From NCBI GenBank assembly GCA_030704615.1, contig CM060732.1, positions 52,266,001-52,330,000 on the forward strand: 64,000 nt of DNA, read 5' to 3'. Within the stretch, counting starts at the first letter, position 1. Each line of letters begins with the position of its first letter. Positions 1 through 14,003 of this stretch are shown here, piece after piece. The stretch comes from Takakia lepidozioides (taxonomy: Eukaryota > Plantae > Bryophyta). A program made the position numbers and the translations under genes. The notes beneath the pieces are model-generated. The model searched no databases and was not told where the DNA came from. It saw nothing but the letters and a program-made list of their open reading frames with translations.

Positions 1-1688
1 ATAATATGGCTGAATGAAATGTGGTGTCTTGGAACGCAATGGCTGGCATGGTGGACCTTCTTGGTCGTGCAAGGCGATTAGATGGGGCAGAGGAATTTAT
101 AGTAGCAAAATGTCAATCCAACCAGATCCTAGGGTATGGAGGGCCTTGTTTGGTGCCTGCAAACTTCATGGAGATGTGGAGGTAGCAGAACATGTGGCGA
201 AAAGCATTGTTAGCAGGCAACAGCTTGTGTGATTACTATGCTGAGCCTTACTGGAGGGATGAACCAAAATGATGTAAGGACAGATGTCAGAAACTTGTGA
301 GGGAGCAGCTGCATTGAGGTTGTAATATGGTTTGTACATTTGGTATGGTAACGTTTCTATGCGTTTGCAGTGCGTGTGCAATCCTGGCAAAATGACAAAG
401 AGGTGCATGGTTGCATCGCCAAAGCTGGAATTGTACCAAATGTGATTCTGAACAATACCCTCATGGACATGTATGCCAAATGTGGGAGCAATGAGGATGC
501 GGAGGGAGTGTTCAACAGTATGGCTGACCGAGATTTGGTATCATGGAATGCCATGCTTGCAGGATATGCACAACAAGGGCGCAGGATGGAGGCCTTGGAG
601 ACCTATGAGCAAATGATGGGGGAAGGGGTGAAGTGCAACCACATCACGTTTGTGTGCGTTTGCAATGTTTGTGCAACCCTAGCAGCCTTGGAAAAAGGCA
701 AAGGGTGCATGGTGACATCATCAAAGCTGGACTTGTACCAAATGTCATTCTGGACACCGCCCTGGTGGACATGTATGCGAAATGTGGGTGCATTGAGGAT
801 GCAAAGGGAGTATTTGACAATGTGGCTGAATGAAATATGGTGTCATGGAATCCGATGATCGCAGGATATGCCCAGCATGGTTGTAATATGGAGGTCCTGC
901 AACTATTTGAAAGAATGCAAAAGAACGGCTTGAAGCCGGACAATATCACTTTATATGTGTTCTCTCTGCATGTAGCCACACTGGCCTACTGAATGAAGAA
1001 AGACGCTACTTCGATTCCCTGAGTCAAGATCATGGTGACACCCCAACAGTATAGCACTTTGGCTGCATGGTGGACCTTCTGGATGTGCGGGACAACTACA
1101 TGAGGCAGTGGACCTTATTAATAAAATGCCAATCAATCCAGATGTTGTGGTGTGCTTGGTGCCTGCAGAATCCATGGCAATGTGGAGATGGCTGAATGTG
1201 TGGCAACATCTATCCTCAAGTGAGATGAGCAGGATGCCGTGACTTATGTGTTGCTATATCAAATATCTATGCTGCAGCTGGCAGGTGGGATGATACTGCA
1301 AAGGTGAGAAGAATGATGAAGGTCAGAGGGGTTAGAAAGGAGCCAGATGACAAAGGAGCCAGATGACAAGTTGCATCCCAGAATTAAGGAAATCCATGCT
1401 GAGTTAAGAAGATTGTCTGGGCAGATGAAGGAGGCGGGGTATGTGCCTGACACACACTTTTTCTTGCATGATGTGGAGGAAAGGAATTTTCTCTTTGCCA
1501 CCACAGTGAGAAGCTGACCATTGGTTTTGGGCTGATTAGCACGACTCATCAAGAATCTTTGAGTGTGTGGAGACTGCCACACCTCCACCAAATTCATCTC
1601 AAAGATTGTTGGCCGAGCAATTGTTGTATGGGACGCTAACTATTTTCCACCACTTTGAAGATGGTGTTCTTGTGGTGATTACTGGTGA
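1..1688 (+). pseudogene. PLS-class PPR-E-DYW pseudogene (two partial tandem copies)
   Basis: Fragments with PPR motifs (NTLMDMYAKCG, VSWNAMLAGYAQQG), E domain (VWRALFGACKLHG) and a DYW remnant (HSEKL, VCGDCH, CGDYW-stop at 1686-1688). Many frameshifts and stops. Confidence 0.9.
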
Positions 1689-2370
1689 AATGATGTTTTC
1701 TTGGAAAGATGCTAGTGTCTTGCTTCATTCATTGATCTGTGTAGCTACTCAGACCATCCACCATTTCCTGATAGTGGGGTCTACCCGACATAGGTGGGAA
1801 GTCAGCCCACAATTGCACTTGACTGAAGGGGTGATTTTTGACTGATTATGGTGACATTGGATGGAAATCAGAGTGCTGTGCTAATTCTGGGTTTGGGTGG
1901 TGGAGCTTCTCCAAAGCTTGAAGATGGAAGTGAATATGAATTTTAATGAGATTGATGAGAGGGGTAGCCCTGTGCACAAGTTTGTTCAGCATCTTAAATT
2001 TGGACATGTTTGTTTGTTTCTTGTGGTGTGGCTTTGGATGGAGCCCTTGACGAACTTGCATGAATATTGTCAAAAGCTAGCCTTAACCCACCAAGATCCA
2101 ATCCCATGGTGGATGCTTGAAAGTTCATATAGTGAATGTAAGGGTATTTGGGTATGTTGTTATTGATTGGTGCCACTTGTGAAAGTTGAACATTGAAATG
2201 CAGATCCGCCATTTTTCTTCCAGAAAAGAACAAAACATGGGATCTCTGCATGTAACACCGTGGGGATGACCCACCTTTTTTTTTGTGAAAAATTGAACCT
2301 AGTTCTCAGAATTCGTCGCTAGTAGTGCGGAGCAACGCGAAGCCCTAGTTTTATTAAAATGGTCGCACAT

Positions 2371-2510
2371 CGGCTGGTAGCTTAGCTGGTAAGTGCACAT
2401 TGTGTCGCCCTGGTGGTTCAGGGTTGGAACCCGCTGCCCTGATTTTTCCCCCTCCTCAAGGGCCTGAATTGTGAGCAGTCACTCCCAAGTTTCCTTTGAA
2501 TTTTTATTTA
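2371..2510 (+). mobile_element. tRNA-derived SINE-like repeat (internally deleted copy)
   Basis: A-box-like TAGCTTAGCTGG and B-box-like GGTTGGAACCC. Shares gctggtaagtgcaca..tgtgtcgccctggtggttc and ccctcctcaagggcctgaattgtg with 16770-16970. Confidence 0.6.
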
Positions 2511-2959
2511 TTTATTTTTTAAATGGTAAGAAAAAAATAACCTTATAAAGCCATGAAGGCTGAGAAACGAGACACCGCTCTTTAAGCACTACAAGTCTTA
2601 AGGGAGGAGAGAGAAAAGTGGGAAGGAGGTGAAGAAAGGTTACCTACGGAGAGCCGAGAAAAACAGGAAGCACAGGGAAAAGACTAAGCAAAGATCGAAC
2701 GTCCTACCCCTTTTGCGCTTTGGGGGATCAAAAGATAACTGCATCTTGGACTTGCCTTTCCTACAACTACGCTTATGCCTCCAATTGATCTCGCTATCGT
2801 CGCCGTCTTTTGGAGAAGGCAGAGCGCTAGCGGAGCTACCAGCAGGCAGGGAGTCCATCGATCCATTCGATTGCCGAATCGGAAGATCTGTCACAGATAA
2901 TTCGCCCCTTCCCCTAGGTGTTGTCAAAGGCAGAAAGCAGTTGGAATCAACTCCCATCG

Positions 2960-4100
2960 CCAAATAGTTGCAAACAAAACAATCCAAGCTTTCATGGCCT
3001 CAAACAAAAGGTCTGAGTGAACCCTACATAGCACCTTCTGCAAACATATATATAAGCTCAACCTAATAGAGTGCGCAAGGCACACCTTACTTTCCAGATT
3101 ATGCCAAAGAGCAATGCCTCTTAGATATTCCTACACCGGACATGATGAGTAAGAGCCACCACCATTAATTTTAAGAGCAAAGCTGCTTCAGAGAGGAGAA
3201 CCAAAGAGCTCTAGTTAGAGTAGAAGGTGGCAATTGGCAATATGTCTCCAGATTGCCTTTGCAAAGGGGCAATTAACAAAGCAATGCTTAATGCTTTCCA
3301 ACTGAATTTTTTTACAGAAAGTACAGAGAAAAGGATTATTAGTGAAGGATTCCCCCATAGGGAGAATTATGTTTGCTAGCCTCCATAGAAAGCCACGGAT
3401 CTTAGAAGATCTGAATTTCCTCCATATGTCGGCCCACACAGATTTCCAGCAGACTGGATGGCCTGGATGCCCACCTACTAGCCCACTTATGATTAAAATT
3501 TTGTTTGGGCATCTGCAGATTGTAATCTAGTTTCACAGAGCAACCGAAGAAGTGATTGTGTTTTTTGGTCATCCAAATCCATTCTCCTGGATCGAATTGG
3601 AGCGCACCGAGAGGAGTAGAGAGAAACCAAATGAAGCTATCATGAACATAATGGTGTATTTCAGGAAAAAAGGGAGGACTGGATTTTCCATAGATAGAGC
3701 AAAACATCCTAATTGCATACAAATGAGTGCTGGAATGCAGCAATATATCAATTGTTGGGTCAAAAAGCACACCATTCTGGCGGACTCTGAAGTAGATCCC
3801 CTGCAAATGATCATGGAGAGAGGATATCGCATAAAAGGCCAAGGTCGAAGAGTTACTAGAGAAACCAAGCCAGAGAGGAAACTTTAGAGATGATGGATGC
3901 GAAAGGAGTTGAGACCAGCTTAGTGACAGGCTCCCAATGACAGTATTCCAACCCAAGGTAACTCTCTTAGCGGTCAGACTTGCAGCAGCAGCGGCCGGAG
4001 AGATTAATGAGCCAGCATCATTTATCCCAAAAATGGAGCATGTGAGATAATCCAACCGATTCCCAGAAGGCCCAACTTTTGCAGCATTGAACTAGAACTT
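2960..4100 (-). mobile_element. Decayed LINE (L1-like) ORF2 3' part with zf-RVT region
   Basis: IWRKFRSSKIRGFLWRLANIILPMG...CTFCKKIQLESIKHCFVNCPFAKAIW matches the non-LTR C-terminal zinc-finger pattern. Broken frames. Confidence 0.75.
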
Positions 4101-4689
4101 CAGAGTCCCGATTGAAGTTCCTAAAGAGAGATTGTTTGATGACCTCGTCAAAAGAACCTAGGGAGCTCTGCGCGAGGAAAGGGTGGATTCTACACCATGC
4201 CCTCCAAATCGACTGCCATGCAAATGTCCGACTCGGCCAGGATTAACATTAGAAGAACCGCCTTGAACAATTTGACTCAGGGAGGGAGGCCATAGTGGGC
4301 TAGTTCTAGGCTTCATCTTCTCTCCTTTAAGTGACCAATTAACGCCAACTTTAATACACAAAAAATTCTCATTTTCCGTTGAAAGGGTGGTCAGGTTGCG
4401 CTTACCACCAACCTTCTTACTGATCTGTGGAATATCATCATGCACACTATCTACTACTTTAAACATTGTCAAATGCGGCTTGAAAGTGATAGAGTGGGCC
4501 CCCTTACTCTGGAATCCTACCATACTGCTGCTAAGGATGTGCATGAAGATGTAGCAGTGTTGGCCTACCTTCGAGACAGCAGCCAATGTGACTGCTAATG
4601 AGAGAGATTGGATCCTACAATGAGCCAAGAGGTTCAAGTGGGAGGGGACTCACATACTCCGGGTATGGGAGGATGGACGAGTGAGGATT

Positions 4690-5150
4690 GTGCCTCATCC
4701 AACACAACGAGCGTAATTGGTACGCCATGCCCATAAGAAGTTGGGACATTTTGGGGGGCGGCGCACTCATTGTTTGCTGCAAGGGCAGTACTGGTGGCGG
4801 GGGCATGCACATGGATGTGCAACGGTTAGTGGCAAAGTGCATGGTGTGTAATAGAGTGTGTGTTTCATTCAATGTACCTACTCCACAATTGCATCATTTA
4901 CCCATTGGGTTACCGATAGAGCCTTGACTTCGCGGGGCCATCGCCATTAACGATACGCCACAACAAGTATGTGTTGGTGAAGGTGGAACATTTCTCCAAA
5001 TGGATTGAATTTGTGGCATTTCCTGACAAGGCAAGTGAGGGAGCCACGTATGCATTCTTCGATCGAGTTTTTAGCCGATTTGGTGCTCTAGGGAAGATAA
5101 TTCAAAGGGAGTTTCAGGCTTTGTGTGAGCAAGCCTTGATAGATCCTCGA
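4690..5150 (+). mobile_element. Ty3/gypsy integrase fragment
   Basis: HHCC zinc finger remnant (LGHFG...VAKCMVC) and core DFAGP...YVLVKVEHFSKWIEFVA...VFSRFG, frameshifted. Confidence 0.8.
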
Positions 5151-6296
5151 GGGGGGTCACTCTTCATATAAATATCATAACATGTGCGATCAAGATATGT
5201 TTATTAATACATTTGTACTTAACATTGGACAGTGATTATGACCCCCTGTGTGTATTTTAATTATCAATTTATCCATCCCTTGTGTATAAAAAGTTATACA
5301 AATTCTTATTTAAAAACAAAACTCTCCCCGGCATTTTGTATGTATTTTCAAGCGTTTAAAAAAATCCTTTGTTCATACATTTACATACTTTGTATTTGGG
5401 CTCAATTTGAAAATTTTATTTTCATCTTTCTCGTAAACATGTCGTTATACGTACCAAACCTTGATAATAAATATTATACATTATTTTTTGAGTCATGTAA
5501 GAGCAATATACAAGGCTGGCTATAAACTTTAGTAAAATTGCCCAAATTGAATTGATTTCTCAAACAACTTAATATATATGAATTCTAAGTGATAGTTATA
5601 TTATATAAAAAGACTATTGTAAAAATAATGGTCATACATTTTCAGTATGAATAAGAGAGTAGTGGTCATAGCATTTCAATGTGTGTGAGAGAAGAGAAAA
5701 TTCACATTGTATATAATACATTAATGACCATCCAAATTATCAACCAATGTCTTGGAGGTTGTTTTATGTGTATATTGTAATTTGATAGGATATTAGTGTA
5801 CTACGTCATTTCGTACATAACATTCTAGAACTGAAGGCTGTTTCTTCTTTTGTAATAACCAAGATAGCCTAAACATTAGTCAGGCACCTTAGGTGTATGG
5901 ACACATTTAGGAAGCAAATTAATCCAAAACAAGTAATGGGAGAGGACAAATCTTTCCAAATAATCTGGGATGCATTATTTGGTGGTTCATCCGTTGGTCT
6001 ATGCCGGACTGTTGGCATGGACCAACGGAGTCATGTAGTCTGTCTCCTACTAGCACACTCTTCTCCTAGTGTTTTTTTTTCTCCTCTCCCTCTATCTCTA
6101 TCTTTTGGTGAAAGTACCCCGCCGCGTTCTTTATGTGCAGAGAGAGAGAGAGAGAGAGAGAGAGAATGTATGTGGAGTAGGGTCTCTGTGTGCAAAGAGA
6201 AATCATTCGGAGGTTGCAAAAGTGATATGCGTGGTTGGTTGGCTGGTTGGTTGCGCATAGGCGGGAGTAAAGCAGGCCGTCAATGCCAGCACACAT

Positions 6297-7322
6297 ATGG
6301 TATTTTGTAAGTTCACCCGCGTAATGACTTTTGTTGTTCATGAAATTTTTGCAGGACATACGAACGTGGGTGTTAGTTGCTCATATAAAGTTTCACATCG
6401 AATTAAGATCACACAAATGGTATTTTGTAAGTTCACCCGCGTAATGACTTTTGTTGTTCATGAAATTTTTGGAGGACATACGAACGTGGGTGTTAGTTGC
6501 TCATGTAAAGTTTAACATCAAATTGAAATCACACAGATGGTATTTTGTAAGTTCACCCGCGTAATGACTTTTTGTTGTTCATGAAATTTTTGCAAGACAT
6601 ACGAATGTGGGTGTTAGTTGCTCATGTAAAGTTTCACATCGAATTGAAATCACACAGATAGTATTTTGTAAGTTTAGCCGCGTAATGACTTTTATTGTTC
6701 ATGACATTTTTGCAGGACATACGAATGTAGGTGATAGTTGCTCATAAAAATTTGTAAATCCAACTAAAATCATGCGGATGGTGTTTTGTACGTTCACTGG
6801 TGTAATGATTTTTGTTGTTCATGAAATTTTTGCATGACCTATGAATGTAGGTGTTAGTTGCTCATGTAAGTTTCAAATCCAACTAAAATCAGCGGATGTT
6901 GTTTTGTAAGTTCAGTGGTGTGATGATTTTTGTTGTTCATGAAAATTTTGCTGGACCTATGAATGTAGGTGTTAGTTGCTCATATAAAGTTTCAAATCCA
7001 ACTAAAATCATGCGGATGGTGTTTTGTAAGTTCGCTGGAGTAATGACTTTTGTTCTTCATGAAAAATTTGCAGGACCTATGAATATAGGTGCTAGTTGCT
7101 GATGTAAAGTTTCAAATCCAACTAAAATCATACCGATGTTGTTTTGTAAGGTCAGTGGTATAATGATTTTTGTTGTTCATAAAAATTTTGCAGGACCTGT
7201 GAATATAGATGTTAGTTGCTTATGTAAAGTTTCAAATCCAACTAAAATTAAGGCGGATGGTGTTTTGTAAGTTCACTGGTGTCATGATTTTGGTTGTTCG
7301 TGATGTTTTGGTAGGACCTATG
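6297..7322. repeat. ~120-bp tandem satellite, about 8.5 copies
   Basis: Unit atggtattttgtaagttcac... recurs at about 6297, 6417, 6537, 6658, 6778, 6897, 7017, 7137 and 7257. Flanked by (GA)n tracts at about 6140 and 7445. Confidence 0.95.
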
Positions 7323-7754
7323 ATTACTCACTTCAACCAATACGGAGCTCTGATCACAAAGACTTGCGGTTGGAATATTTGATTCAAAACAGTTTGCTAT
7401 ACACCTTTATTCTTCACTACAAGATCTAGCATACACTAAAACGAAGAGAGAGAGAGAGAGAGAGCGATGGAGGGAGTAGGAAGAGGGAGAAAACAAAGAG
7501 AGAGAGAAGGAGCAAGAGAAGGAAGAACTAGATTGTGATGTTACTCGTCTAGAGTGGGGTTGCTTTATAGCAGCCTCCGCGGCTTCCCTCTAACTTTCTC
7601 ATGTCGTCCTCACCGTTGATTCAACAGATGGACGAGATGTAGTCTAGTAGTTTCTTCTTTAAAATAACAACACCATAGTTACACACCATTGACTTACTTA
7701 AGATGCATGTACGCATCTATATCCAGATAATATTTAATTCATTATTTTACAGTG

Positions 7755-8159
7755 TCTAATATTCTACTATAAAAAGTACACTATTTTAATGCTTCAAATC
7801 CGTCCCTTCCATCTGAACGGACCAGATTGAGCCACTTGTTTTCCATCCATCCATTGGGTTGGTAATCCAAAGTGTAATTCATCTATCTGTAGTTCCAGCC
7901 TGTAATTTCATCCAGCTTGTATTCTTCATCCATCCAGTGATTTCATCCAGGAAAGACACGACCAACTTAAGTTGGTATATGATACGCAAGTGGATGATTT
8001 TTAATCTAGGGATATTCATCCGGCGAGATTGTCACCCTTGATTGACTAACATCCAACGGTCCATATTAACCATTGCACTCCCCTTGAATTCCACTTCTAT
8101 TCTACGTTGATGTCGAGGAGAGGCCCCATGCTTAAACCCCGTTGCGGGGCTCTACCTAG
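7755..8159 (+). mobile_element. Putative non-autonomous Helitron
   Basis: 3' hairpin CCCCG-TTG-CGGGG (8137-8149) followed 6 nt later by CTAG|T (8156-8159). A TC(T)A..TCTACTAT-type AT-rich 5' end lies near 7755; that boundary is uncertain. Confidence 0.5.
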
Positions 8160-8309
8160 TGAGCACCTTTGCCCGAAGGCACCCAAGGGTCATTCAGCCC
8201 TATTCCTACTACTGCCACTGCCCCCCCCACCACAGGGATAGCCCCTCTTGTGTCCCGACCCCCTGCCCTCAAGGCAAAAGGCCCCGACACGAAGGGATGG
8301 CTCAAATAA

Positions 8310-8610
8310 AGTCTCTTGAGGGAATGACATGATGACCCGCTTGTGGGCCACGACGGGGCCAAGCGAACCGCGATACTCTTGAAGAAAGAATATTTCTGGG
8401 CGGAGCTAAGGGGAGAGGACAAGAAGTATAGCAAGATATGCACCACATGCCAGCAAAATCGGAGTGAGTACAAGAGGCAAGCGGGGCTGTTACAACCCCT
8501 GCCGATTTCCGAAGGACCTTATGAGAGTGTCTCGATGGATTTCATGACGAGATTGCCGCTGTCAAGAGGGTATGTTGCAATCATGGTGGTGGTGCAGAGG
8601 TTCGGGCGGC
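8310..8610 (+). mobile_element. Ty3/gypsy integrase fragment
   Basis: HDDPLVGHDG...YFW...CTTCQQNR...GLLQPLPI...SVSMDFMTRLP. Confidence 0.85.
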
Positions 8611-8919
8611 CAAACGGAGAGAAGTTTCAACACTGGAAGACAAGTAGTCTTTTGGGCTCAAGAGACGCCATGCGTTAGACATTTTTATTTGTTGTAGGCC
8701 TCAAGGTCTTGACAAGGCTGTTGTTTCCTTCAATGCCTATAAATTTAACCTTTTTTCTGGAAAAATTTGTACTCACTCCCAAGCCTATAATAGATATCAT
8801 TAGTCGGTCATTGTGGTACAAGCTTGTGAGCTTGCTTGAACATGTATGTTATTAGGGAGACACATCATCATGAGTTGTTCTAGAGTTTTTGGATACACTT
8901 TTAGTACAATGATTCACAG

Positions 8920-11620
8920 AGAAGAAGCATTTCTATACAATGTCTGCAAATGACTAGAATTAACATATAAACATGCAAGATATTTTTCATCCCTTAGGGT
9001 ATCTAGAAAAGCTTAGGATTTTTGGATTTCATCCAGAGGGTCCTTGATTTTGAGCATCAGATTTACACGCAATGCTGGAAAAACATGTGTAGAGATATTA
9101 GCACTAGATAATGCAGCAATCTCCACTATCCCATTTGGGCAGTTTTTCTCAGCCCATGAAACATGCCCGCATTATCTAAAGCTGACAAAATAAAAACGAT
9201 AATCTAAGTCTTCGATTCTTTATTTTATCAAGTTCGGGGCCACGCACACATCCTAAAAAAATTATAAAAAAAATCTCACTTGTGGAACATGCTACCTTCT
9301 TCCTACCTTCTTTTTTATTTACCCCCTTTATATGACGATTCTCTTCTCTGTCTATATAATGTTTGCAAATGACTAGAATTAGCATATAAAGATAGTACAT
9401 GCAAGATTTTTTTCATCCTAGGGTATCCAGAAAGCATGGGGGGTCACTATATGTATTTTTTCCATATCACGTGCGTACAAAAGTATATTTATACTAGGCT
9501 ATATTTTTTTTTTTCCACCCTATCTTTAGGTAATATTATAAAACGCTTTGTTTCATAATGCTTCTTATTGAACAATATTAGGGTCTTGAATGCCAGCGCG
9601 TGTGGCTGCGGCGGGGCTCGTGTATGGCAGAGGGGTCACATAGGGTGGGAGCGCCCCTCCCTGGACCCGGCCTGTTTGCTAGGCCCACAAAACACATAAG
9701 CTAGTCTAATGGGGCTCACAATATGCACATAAAGCATTAGCTATTGCAAAGGTTTGTAGAAAGTGGCGGGTAGTGTGGTGGTTTAGACCTATGAACAATA
9801 AACATGAAGTTTGGTGTTCATATCTTGTTAGATTATACTATGGCAATAATGTGTGTTATTAATTATATATTTTGTCGAAGGGTCTGGCAGTCCGCTCGTC
9901 GGTTTGCTGGAGGAGGGTTTGCCCAGTCCGTTCGTCGCTATATGCTATATGGGCATGTTTCATGGGTTGAGAAAAACTGCCCAAATGGGACAGTGGAGAT
10001 TGCTGCATTATCTAGTGCTCATATCTCCGCACATGTTTTTCCAACATTGTGTGTAAATCTGATGCTCAAAATCAGGGACCCTCTAGATGAAATCCAAAAA
10101 TCCTAAGCCTTTCAGGCTTGGGGGTCACTCCCCGTATTCTCAAAACCACGTGAGAACAAATATAGGGTGTAGTTTATTTTTTTGAGGCAAATTCTATAAA
10201 AGTTTTACTTAGAAAATATGGTAGGACAATATCTAATCACCCTTATTACCCTTATTACAGATAAAACCCTTTTTTAAAAAAATATCACAAAAAATCCAGA
10301 GTTTTACTTAAAAAATTAATGTAATAAAGGTTTTATCTACAGTGTAATATATCCATCCTTGTGAAGTTTCTCATATTTCATCCAACTCTAATCCATCAGG
10401 ATGAAATTTTCTCAAAACTTCATTCATTCATCAGGCTTATTCAATGAATAAGCCTGGTCTGCCCAAATCTGGGCGTCCTTCGATTATGACGTTTTTGAAT
10501 TTTGAACCATCTCGGAACTTATACTATTTAGATCCAAGTGATATTGTGGCTTTGAATGAGTTCGTGGCTAATGAAAATTAAACTTTTCTTTGGGTCCAGC
10601 ATTTGACTTATGTATGTACATGCTTTGAATTTTTTCAATTATTTAAAAGACAATCTAAAATAGGGTCTAATTAATTGTTGCACAAAAAATTATAAAAAAT
10701 AGGGTATTATGAAAGCCTCTCATTTTTTAATATTAGGGTCTTTGAATGCACCTATGGCCCCGCCGGCCCATGGGTGAGCTCATAAGCCCACCGCCCATTC
10801 ACCGGGTCGGCCAGAATTTTCTAAGTCCTTGTTCATGTACCGCGGCGGACCTTCTAGCAGACCGGGCAGACCCTCCACCAGACCGACGAGCGGATTGGCA
10901 GACGCTGACAAAATAAAAACGATAATCTAAGTCACCGGTCACCACCTTTGGTACCCCGTGGCGGCATTTCGCATATTGGTTGGTTGACTAATGGGAAACT
11001 TTGATTCTTATTTAATCAAGTTCAGGGCCACGTGCACAGCCTCCAAAAATTATAAGAAAAATCTCACTTGTGGAACATGCTACGTTCTTCCTACCTTCTT
11101 TTCTACTTACCCCCTTACACGATGATTCTCTTCTCTGTCTATATAATGTCTGCAAATGACTAGAATTAGCATATAAAGATAGTACATGCAAGATATTTTT
11201 CATCCCTTAGGATATCCAGAAAGGCTTATGATCTTTGGATTTCATCCAGAGGGTCCTTGATTTTGAGCATTAGATTTACACGCAATGCTCGAAAAACATG
11301 TGTGGAGATATTAGCACTAGATAATGCAGCAATCTCCACTGTCCCATTTGGGCAGTTTTTTCTCAACCCACGAAACATGCCCACATTATCTAAAGCTGAC
11401 AAAATAAAAACGATAATCTAAGTCACCAGTCACCACCTTTGGTACCCATGTGGCGGCATTTCACATATTGATTGGTTGACTAATTTGAACTTTGATTCTT
11501 ATTTTATCAAGTTCGGGGCCACGCGCACAACCTACAAAAATTATAAGAAAAATCTCACTTGTGGAACATGCTACCTTCTTCCTACCTTCTTTTTTACTTT
11601 ACCCCTTACATGACGATTAT
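8920..11620. repeat. Complex direct plus inverted repeat block (about 490-bp unit), probably DNA-transposon subterminal repeats
   Basis: 8970-9210 matches 11185-11425. 9213-9440 matches 11001-11220 and 11491-11618. An inverted copy lies at about 9955-10110, and 9870-9930 is inverted relative to 10860-10915. Confidence 0.75.
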
Positions 11621-14003
11621 TAATGTAAATCCTTGTTTAGCTTATTACAGCCCTCGCTTTTTAATTCCTCGACCACTCTCTAATGGACAGGGCCCACACA
11701 AACTTGGGGGCTTACCATCCCCGGACAACCGTTTAGGCGATAATTAATTCAAAATGAAAGTGCCCAATCAATTTTGTGAATTTTTCAGATTTTGGCCTAA
11801 TTGTTGGGAAATTATGGGACCAAAGTGCCTAATGCCCCAAAATTCCACCAAAAAACTTGCAAGCCTCTTCTCATGTTGTTTGTAATAAGATCAAAATTTC
11901 TTTGAACAAAAATCAATACAAATGTATGCGTGCGGAAATAACTACCCTACCAGCTTACCACAACTCAAGAGTACTATTATGTAAGAGGTTTCACCATGCA
12001 CCAGCATACCAATATGAAAACCAGTGCACCCAATGACCAATGTATGAAAGCCCTCTACCAATGTGCCTTACACTAGTGTGGACTATATTGAACTCACCTA
12101 AAGTGTGAGAGCGAAGGGAGAGCTTGCTTGTACTAGCTTGAGCCTTGGAGCACCCACAACAAAGAGGGGCATTTTTAGGGTTTCAAAGGAAATGAAAGGT
12201 AGCCGGAGCCTGGAAGGGCCCATGGGCATTGGGTGTCTATTTTGTAATTCTATTCTTAAGAAAATAAATGTTTTCTCTTCTCATGTGCCTAATTCTAAAA
12301 AATTATAGCATGAAGATGCCTAATTTGAGAAATTGTTTTCAAAACATGCCTAATTTTCTGATTGATTGATTTTATTATTAGGCGCAAAAAAGCCTAATGG
12401 TTGTCCATGGACGGTAATTTAACACCATTCAAACGTTAGAAAGTTAAAGAAAGAGAGTTGATGGATCGCTGGCACAACAAGATGTAAAATACATCACAGT
12501 CAACATTTGTTCAGAATATTCTATCGTTTACAACATCTTTTTCCCAATCCCCTACATAGATTACCTTTTGAAGGTAATGTCTTTTGTACATTATATTCAG
12601 TTTGACTTTGGACGTCATGGCACAAACGGTGGGTTTGTAAGGTCAATGCCAAATCCCAATGACTACGAATGAATGAAACTGTCTCTCATCATCTACGGAC
12701 TAATCCACTAGTAAATTTCTCATCCATACATAACGGAACCACTGGTCGGTGACTGATGAGCCAGCTAAAAATACCCAACTAGTAAGGCTTACTAAACCGG
12801 GCTAAACATTAAACAACTAAACACTGACTAAACACTGACTAAACCTAATGACACCAAACAAAAACGATCACAGAAAACAAACTAAAGCGACCACTTCTAC
12901 TTACCCTACACTAAATAACAAGCAATTCTGTGACTACTTACTCCTACTAACCCACTAGCAAAGCACGAACTAAACCTGCTGACAGTGTAAAAAACGCTTC
13001 AAATGTTTTTAGTGTATTTTGCGTGGCCTTATAGGGCGTAACCCTAAGCGAGGAGCTTACCGGATCGCTAGTTCAAATTTGAATAGTTTTATGCTTGGTA
13101 AAATAACTGGTGAACTGGTTTACCATTGATCTGGTTTACCCTTTGTCGTACTTACAGGCTAGTAACTAATCAGTAACTAAACTCGTACACTGACGAAACT
13201 GAATACTAACTAACCACCGACTAAACCGTCCAACCCTAACGAAAGCATGCGGGCTGCCCGGAGGGGGATAACGCGTAGGGGTGTGGTTTTTCGCGCTGCC
13301 CGTCGGCCGGCGACAAAACATTGACAATGCAGTGACTCGCCGTGTTTTGCATCCTCGTTTTATCCTGGCCGCCAATGTATATTGATGGCGATTTTGCGTA
13401 GAAGATGGGTGGTATTGTGAAAATGGAGAATATTGGTTCCCAGTAACTGAGAGCGATCCGACGTATCGTGGGCGTCGGCTGGGAAAGGGGAGGATGGTGT
13501 GTAAAAGATCGGCACTTTGTCTCTCTGCTTTACATTTCTGGGTTCTTCCGTGCACTCCAGGGTGTTGAGCTTCGCGGGTGACTTCCTTGACAGCTCTCCA
13601 CATCCGCAACCGCCTTTGCTCTAGATTTCGGATAGTCAGCGTTTCCTTGGTAGTTCACTTGTATCTCTCTGCGGCCTCTCTTTCTCTCTCGTTCTTGAGT
13701 TCTTATGTTACGACCAAGACGGTGTGTGGAAGCGAGGAACACCAATACGTAATCTGCTGGAATATTGTGAGCGGGAAGAAATTTTGGGTTTACACTACTA
13801 CCGGATGATATTGATAGGTGCAAATCTTTTGAAGTGGTTCAGTTGGTTCAACCAAAACGTTCTGTGGAGGCGACGAAATACCAAGACCGTAATCTACTGG
13901 ATTGTGAGCGGTAAGAAAGCTGGGTGTACACTATAATCGGACGATTTGACAGGTATAAAGGTTGTGAAGTGGTGCACACAGGAATCTGCACGTAGAAAGG
14001 TGA

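Noticed and set aside
2371-2445. tRNA gene
   Set aside because: Only A/B-box-like remnants with no full cloverleaf. The sequence continues into a dispersed repeat, so it is treated as a SINE.
6297-7322. CRISPR-like array or coding repeat
   Set aside because: Units are contiguous with no unique spacers, the context is eukaryotic, and the reading frames are broken.
12745-12800. Hammerhead ribozyme (CTGATGAG)
   Set aside because: No stem II with a following GAAA or closing helices.
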